Origin: Gemmatimonadota bacterium
GTDB taxonomy: Bacteria; Gemmatimonadota; Gemmatimonadetes; Palauibacterales; Palauibacteraceae
Direction of reading: 5' to 3'
Length of the DNA stretch: 64,000 nucleotides
Assembly (NCBI GenBank): GCA_039587445.1
Contig: JBDHIM010000003.1
Location: 2,239 to 66,238, forward strand
Part shown: positions 62,326 to 64,000 of the stretch, piece after piece
Layout: each line of letters opens with the position of its first letter
Position numbering within the stretch: position 1 is the first letter of the stretch
Position numbers and translations under genes: made by a program
The notes under the pieces: model-generated
What the model saw: only the letters and a program-made list of their open reading frames with translations
Told to the model about the DNA's origin: nothing
The model's database searches: none

Positions 62326-63459
62326 CTAGGAAGAGGGGTAGCGCTCGTAGTCGGGCACGGACCGGCCGTTCGGATAGCCGGCAAAGTGCGCAGCAAGGTC
62401 CTCCGCTACGGCGACGATGATGTCCCGCGCCTCGAGCTCTGCCAGCCATTCTTCGGGTATCGCCGATACTCCGAGCAGAGTGCCCAGCAGGCTTCCCGTC
62501 AGGGCGCCCGTGGAATCGCTGTCCCCGCCGTGGTTCACGGCGGCCAGAACCCCGGATCGGAAGTCGGCGGCCGTCATAGCGCAGTAGAGCGCGATCGAGA
62601 GCGCCTCCTCGGCCACCCAGCCCTCTCCAAGGCGGGCGACGGCCTCCGATGAAGGCGATGCGTCCGGCGAGACCTCGGACCCGGAGTTTTCCTGGGCCGC
62701 AGCCGCCGAGCCGACCGCCGCCTCGATCGCCGTCGTCGTCTCCGCACTCTCGCTCGCGCCCCGCGTCATCCAGAGCGCCGTCTGGATCGCCGCCTCGAGA
62801 GAGCGTCCCAGAAAGACCTCGCTCAGCACCATCGCGAAAGCTCCGGCCGCGAGTAGCCCCGTTGGATGTCCGTGCGTGAGGGCGGCGGTTTCGCAGCCGA
62901 AGCGGAAGGGATCCGTCGCGAACAGCCCGGCGGGCGAGACCCGCATGACGCCACCGCATCCCTTGCTGCCGTTCTGCGCCGGCTCGCCGAGACCCTGAGA
63001 TCTCCAGCTCTTCAGCGACCGAAGGCAAGTGTTGCCTGGCGATCTCTGCGCGTGGAGGTCCGACGCCTCGACGAGCCAGCCGTCGAGCGGCGAGCCGAGC
63101 TCCTCGTCGCGGAGCTCATCCTCGGGCACTCCCTGGGTGTGGAGCCACCGAAGGTAGGCGCGATGCATGACGACTCGAGGCTTGCAGTATCCGGTCCTAG
63201 TGTAACGGTTCTGCGCACGTAGGAAGCCCTCAGCCGTGAACAGCGTCATCTGAGTGTCATCCGTGATGGCTCCGGGACGACCGTAGGCGACCTCGAACCT
63301 GGTAACGCCCTCCGGGCCGTGCTTCTCGCGGATGCCCTCCAGCGTGAGGAACTCGATCGGTGCGCCGAGGGCGTCCCCGACAGCTCCACCCAGCAGGCAA
63401 CCAAGGATCCTCTCGTAGCGCGTTACGTCGGCGGTGGTCTCCATGCGGTAAGGATGCAC
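62326..63459 (-). CDS. ADP-ribosylglycohydrolase family protein
   Basis: ILGCLLGGAVGDALGAPIEF ... DDTQMTLFTAEG N-terminal signature. C-terminal GGDSDSTGALTGSLLG metal-binding block. Confidence 0.8.
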   Translation of the reverse strand: MHPYRMETTADVTRYERILGCLLGGAVGDALGAPIEFLTLEGIREKHGPEGVTRFEVAYGRPGAITDDTQMTLFTAEGFLRAQNRYTRTGYCKPRVVMHRAYLRWLHTQGVPEDELRDEELGSPLDGWLVEASDLHAQRSPGNTCLRSLKSWRSQGLGEPAQNGSKGCGGVMRVSPAGLFATDPFRFGCETAALTHGHPTGLLAAGAFAMVLSEVFLGRSLEAAIQTALWMTRGASESAETTTAIEAAVGSAAAAQENSGSEVSPDASPSSEAVARLGEGWVAEEALSIALYCAMTAADFRSGVLAAVNHGGDSDSTGALTGSLLGTLLGVSAIPEEWLAELEARDIIVAVAEDLAAHFAGYPNGRSVPDYERYPSS

Positions 63460-63608
63460 CGCCGGTCGCGCGACAGGAAGGGCCCCGCACCGTGCTGGTG
63501 CACGGCACCCTCTTGGATGAGGCCGCCGGGTGCCCCATACTCAGCGGCGTTGGTCGAAACGGATCATGTCGGAGTGACCCTCCGTCGCTTCCAGGAGCCT
63601 GGCGCACA

Positions 63609-64000
63609 GTGTCCGAGCTACCCTCGAAGACAGGCGAAGCGCTGATCGAGCTTATCCGCTCGTCGCTCATCGGAGCGGACGAAGCGGTGTCTGGTCCCTA
63701 CGGCCCGAGGCGGGTCACCTACGCCGACTACACGGCGTCGGGGCGTTCCCTCGGGTTCATCGAGGACTTCATCAGGGACCAGGTGCTCCCCCTCTACGCC
63801 AACACGCACACGGAAAGCTCGGGGACCGGCCTCCAGACGACGCGATTCCGCGAGGACGCGCGGGCGATCATCCGGCGCTGCGTCGGAGCCAGCGAGGAGC
63901 ACGCCGTGATCTTTTGCGGCTCCGGCTCGACGGGAGCGATCGACAAGATCATCGGGATCCTGAACCTCCGGCTGCCGAACGACTTGGCGACACGCTACCA
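63609..64000 (+). CDS. aminotransferase class V-fold PLP-dependent enzyme (cysteine desulfurase / selenocysteine lyase-like). 3' end outside the window.
   Basis: GTG-start ORF not in the track: VTYADYTASGRSLGFIEDFIRDQVLPLYANTHTESSGTGLQTT ... VIFCGSGSTGAIDKI matches class V aminotransferase N-termini. Confidence 0.55.
   Translation, partial: MSELPSKTGEALIELIRSSLIGADEAVSGPYGPRRVTYADYTASGRSLGFIEDFIRDQVLPLYANTHTESSGTGLQTTRFREDARAIIRRCVGASEEHAVIFCGSGSTGAIDKIIGILNLRLPNDLATRY

Noticed and set aside
61778-63028. 416-aa minus-strand ORF
   Set aside because: Alternate frame overlapping the ADP-ribosylglycohydrolase and lipoprotein genes. Arg/Gly-rich junk.
1-64000. CRISPR arrays, tRNA/rRNA genes, insertion sequences, integrases
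   Set aside because: Scanned for spaced direct repeats, T-loop-like GTTCGAATC motifs and transposase/integrase-like ORFs. None found. The only repeats are the short regulatory ones listed.

Overview
This 64 kb window is from a high-GC (about 68%) genome, probably a diderm bacterium. It carries two TonB genes, a TolB-like beta-propeller, a MacAB-type efflux system and many lipoproteins, secreted peptidases and GGAGG-type ribosome-binding sites. Coding density is high and genes are on both strands. Most six-frame ORFs are antisense or alternate-frame artefacts of the GC content. I found no rRNA, tRNA, CRISPR array, transposase or integrase.

Gene content from start to end:
- a YjeF-N NAD(P)H-hydrate epimerase
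- two tandem paralogous Gly-rich membrane-anchored proteins of unknown family
- ArsC
- a strictosidine-synthase-like (SGL) beta-propeller
- an MFS transporter
- a catabolic island on the minus strand: amidase, acyl-CoA dehydrogenase, cyclase, acyl-CoA ligase, an NCS1 permease, a second xanthine-dehydrogenase-family S-L-M hydroxylase that is not a CO dehydrogenase, and a frameshifted Cys/Met-metabolism PLP enzyme
- a DUF4242 / PadR / SHOCT module with palindromic operators
- a form I aerobic CO dehydrogenase cluster (coxM-coxS-coxL, an XdhC/CoxF fused to a YHS domain, coxD, coxE). CoxL carries the AYRCSFR active-site motif. coxG is displaced to the far side of an inserted macAB-like efflux operon.
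- a secreted alpha/beta hydrolase, DUF4260 and lipoproteins
- a membrane protein with an N-terminal JAMM/MPN+ (JAB) metalloprotease domain
- a TonB gene split by an in-frame TGA
- an unusual low-GC non-coding region of about 1 kb with tandem DnaA boxes
- an M1 aminopeptidase, a selenium-binding-protein (SBP56 / methanethiol oxidase) homolog, a MATE transporter, an S8 peptidase, an intact TonB, a class III aminotransferase, pyruvate phosphate dikinase, an SQR-like flavoprotein, a TolB-like protein, the glyoxylate shunt (aceB-aceA), an ADP-ribosylglycohydrolase and a partial class V aminotransferase

Manually derived motif coordinates are approximate (a few nt). Gene boundaries follow the supplied ORF track.
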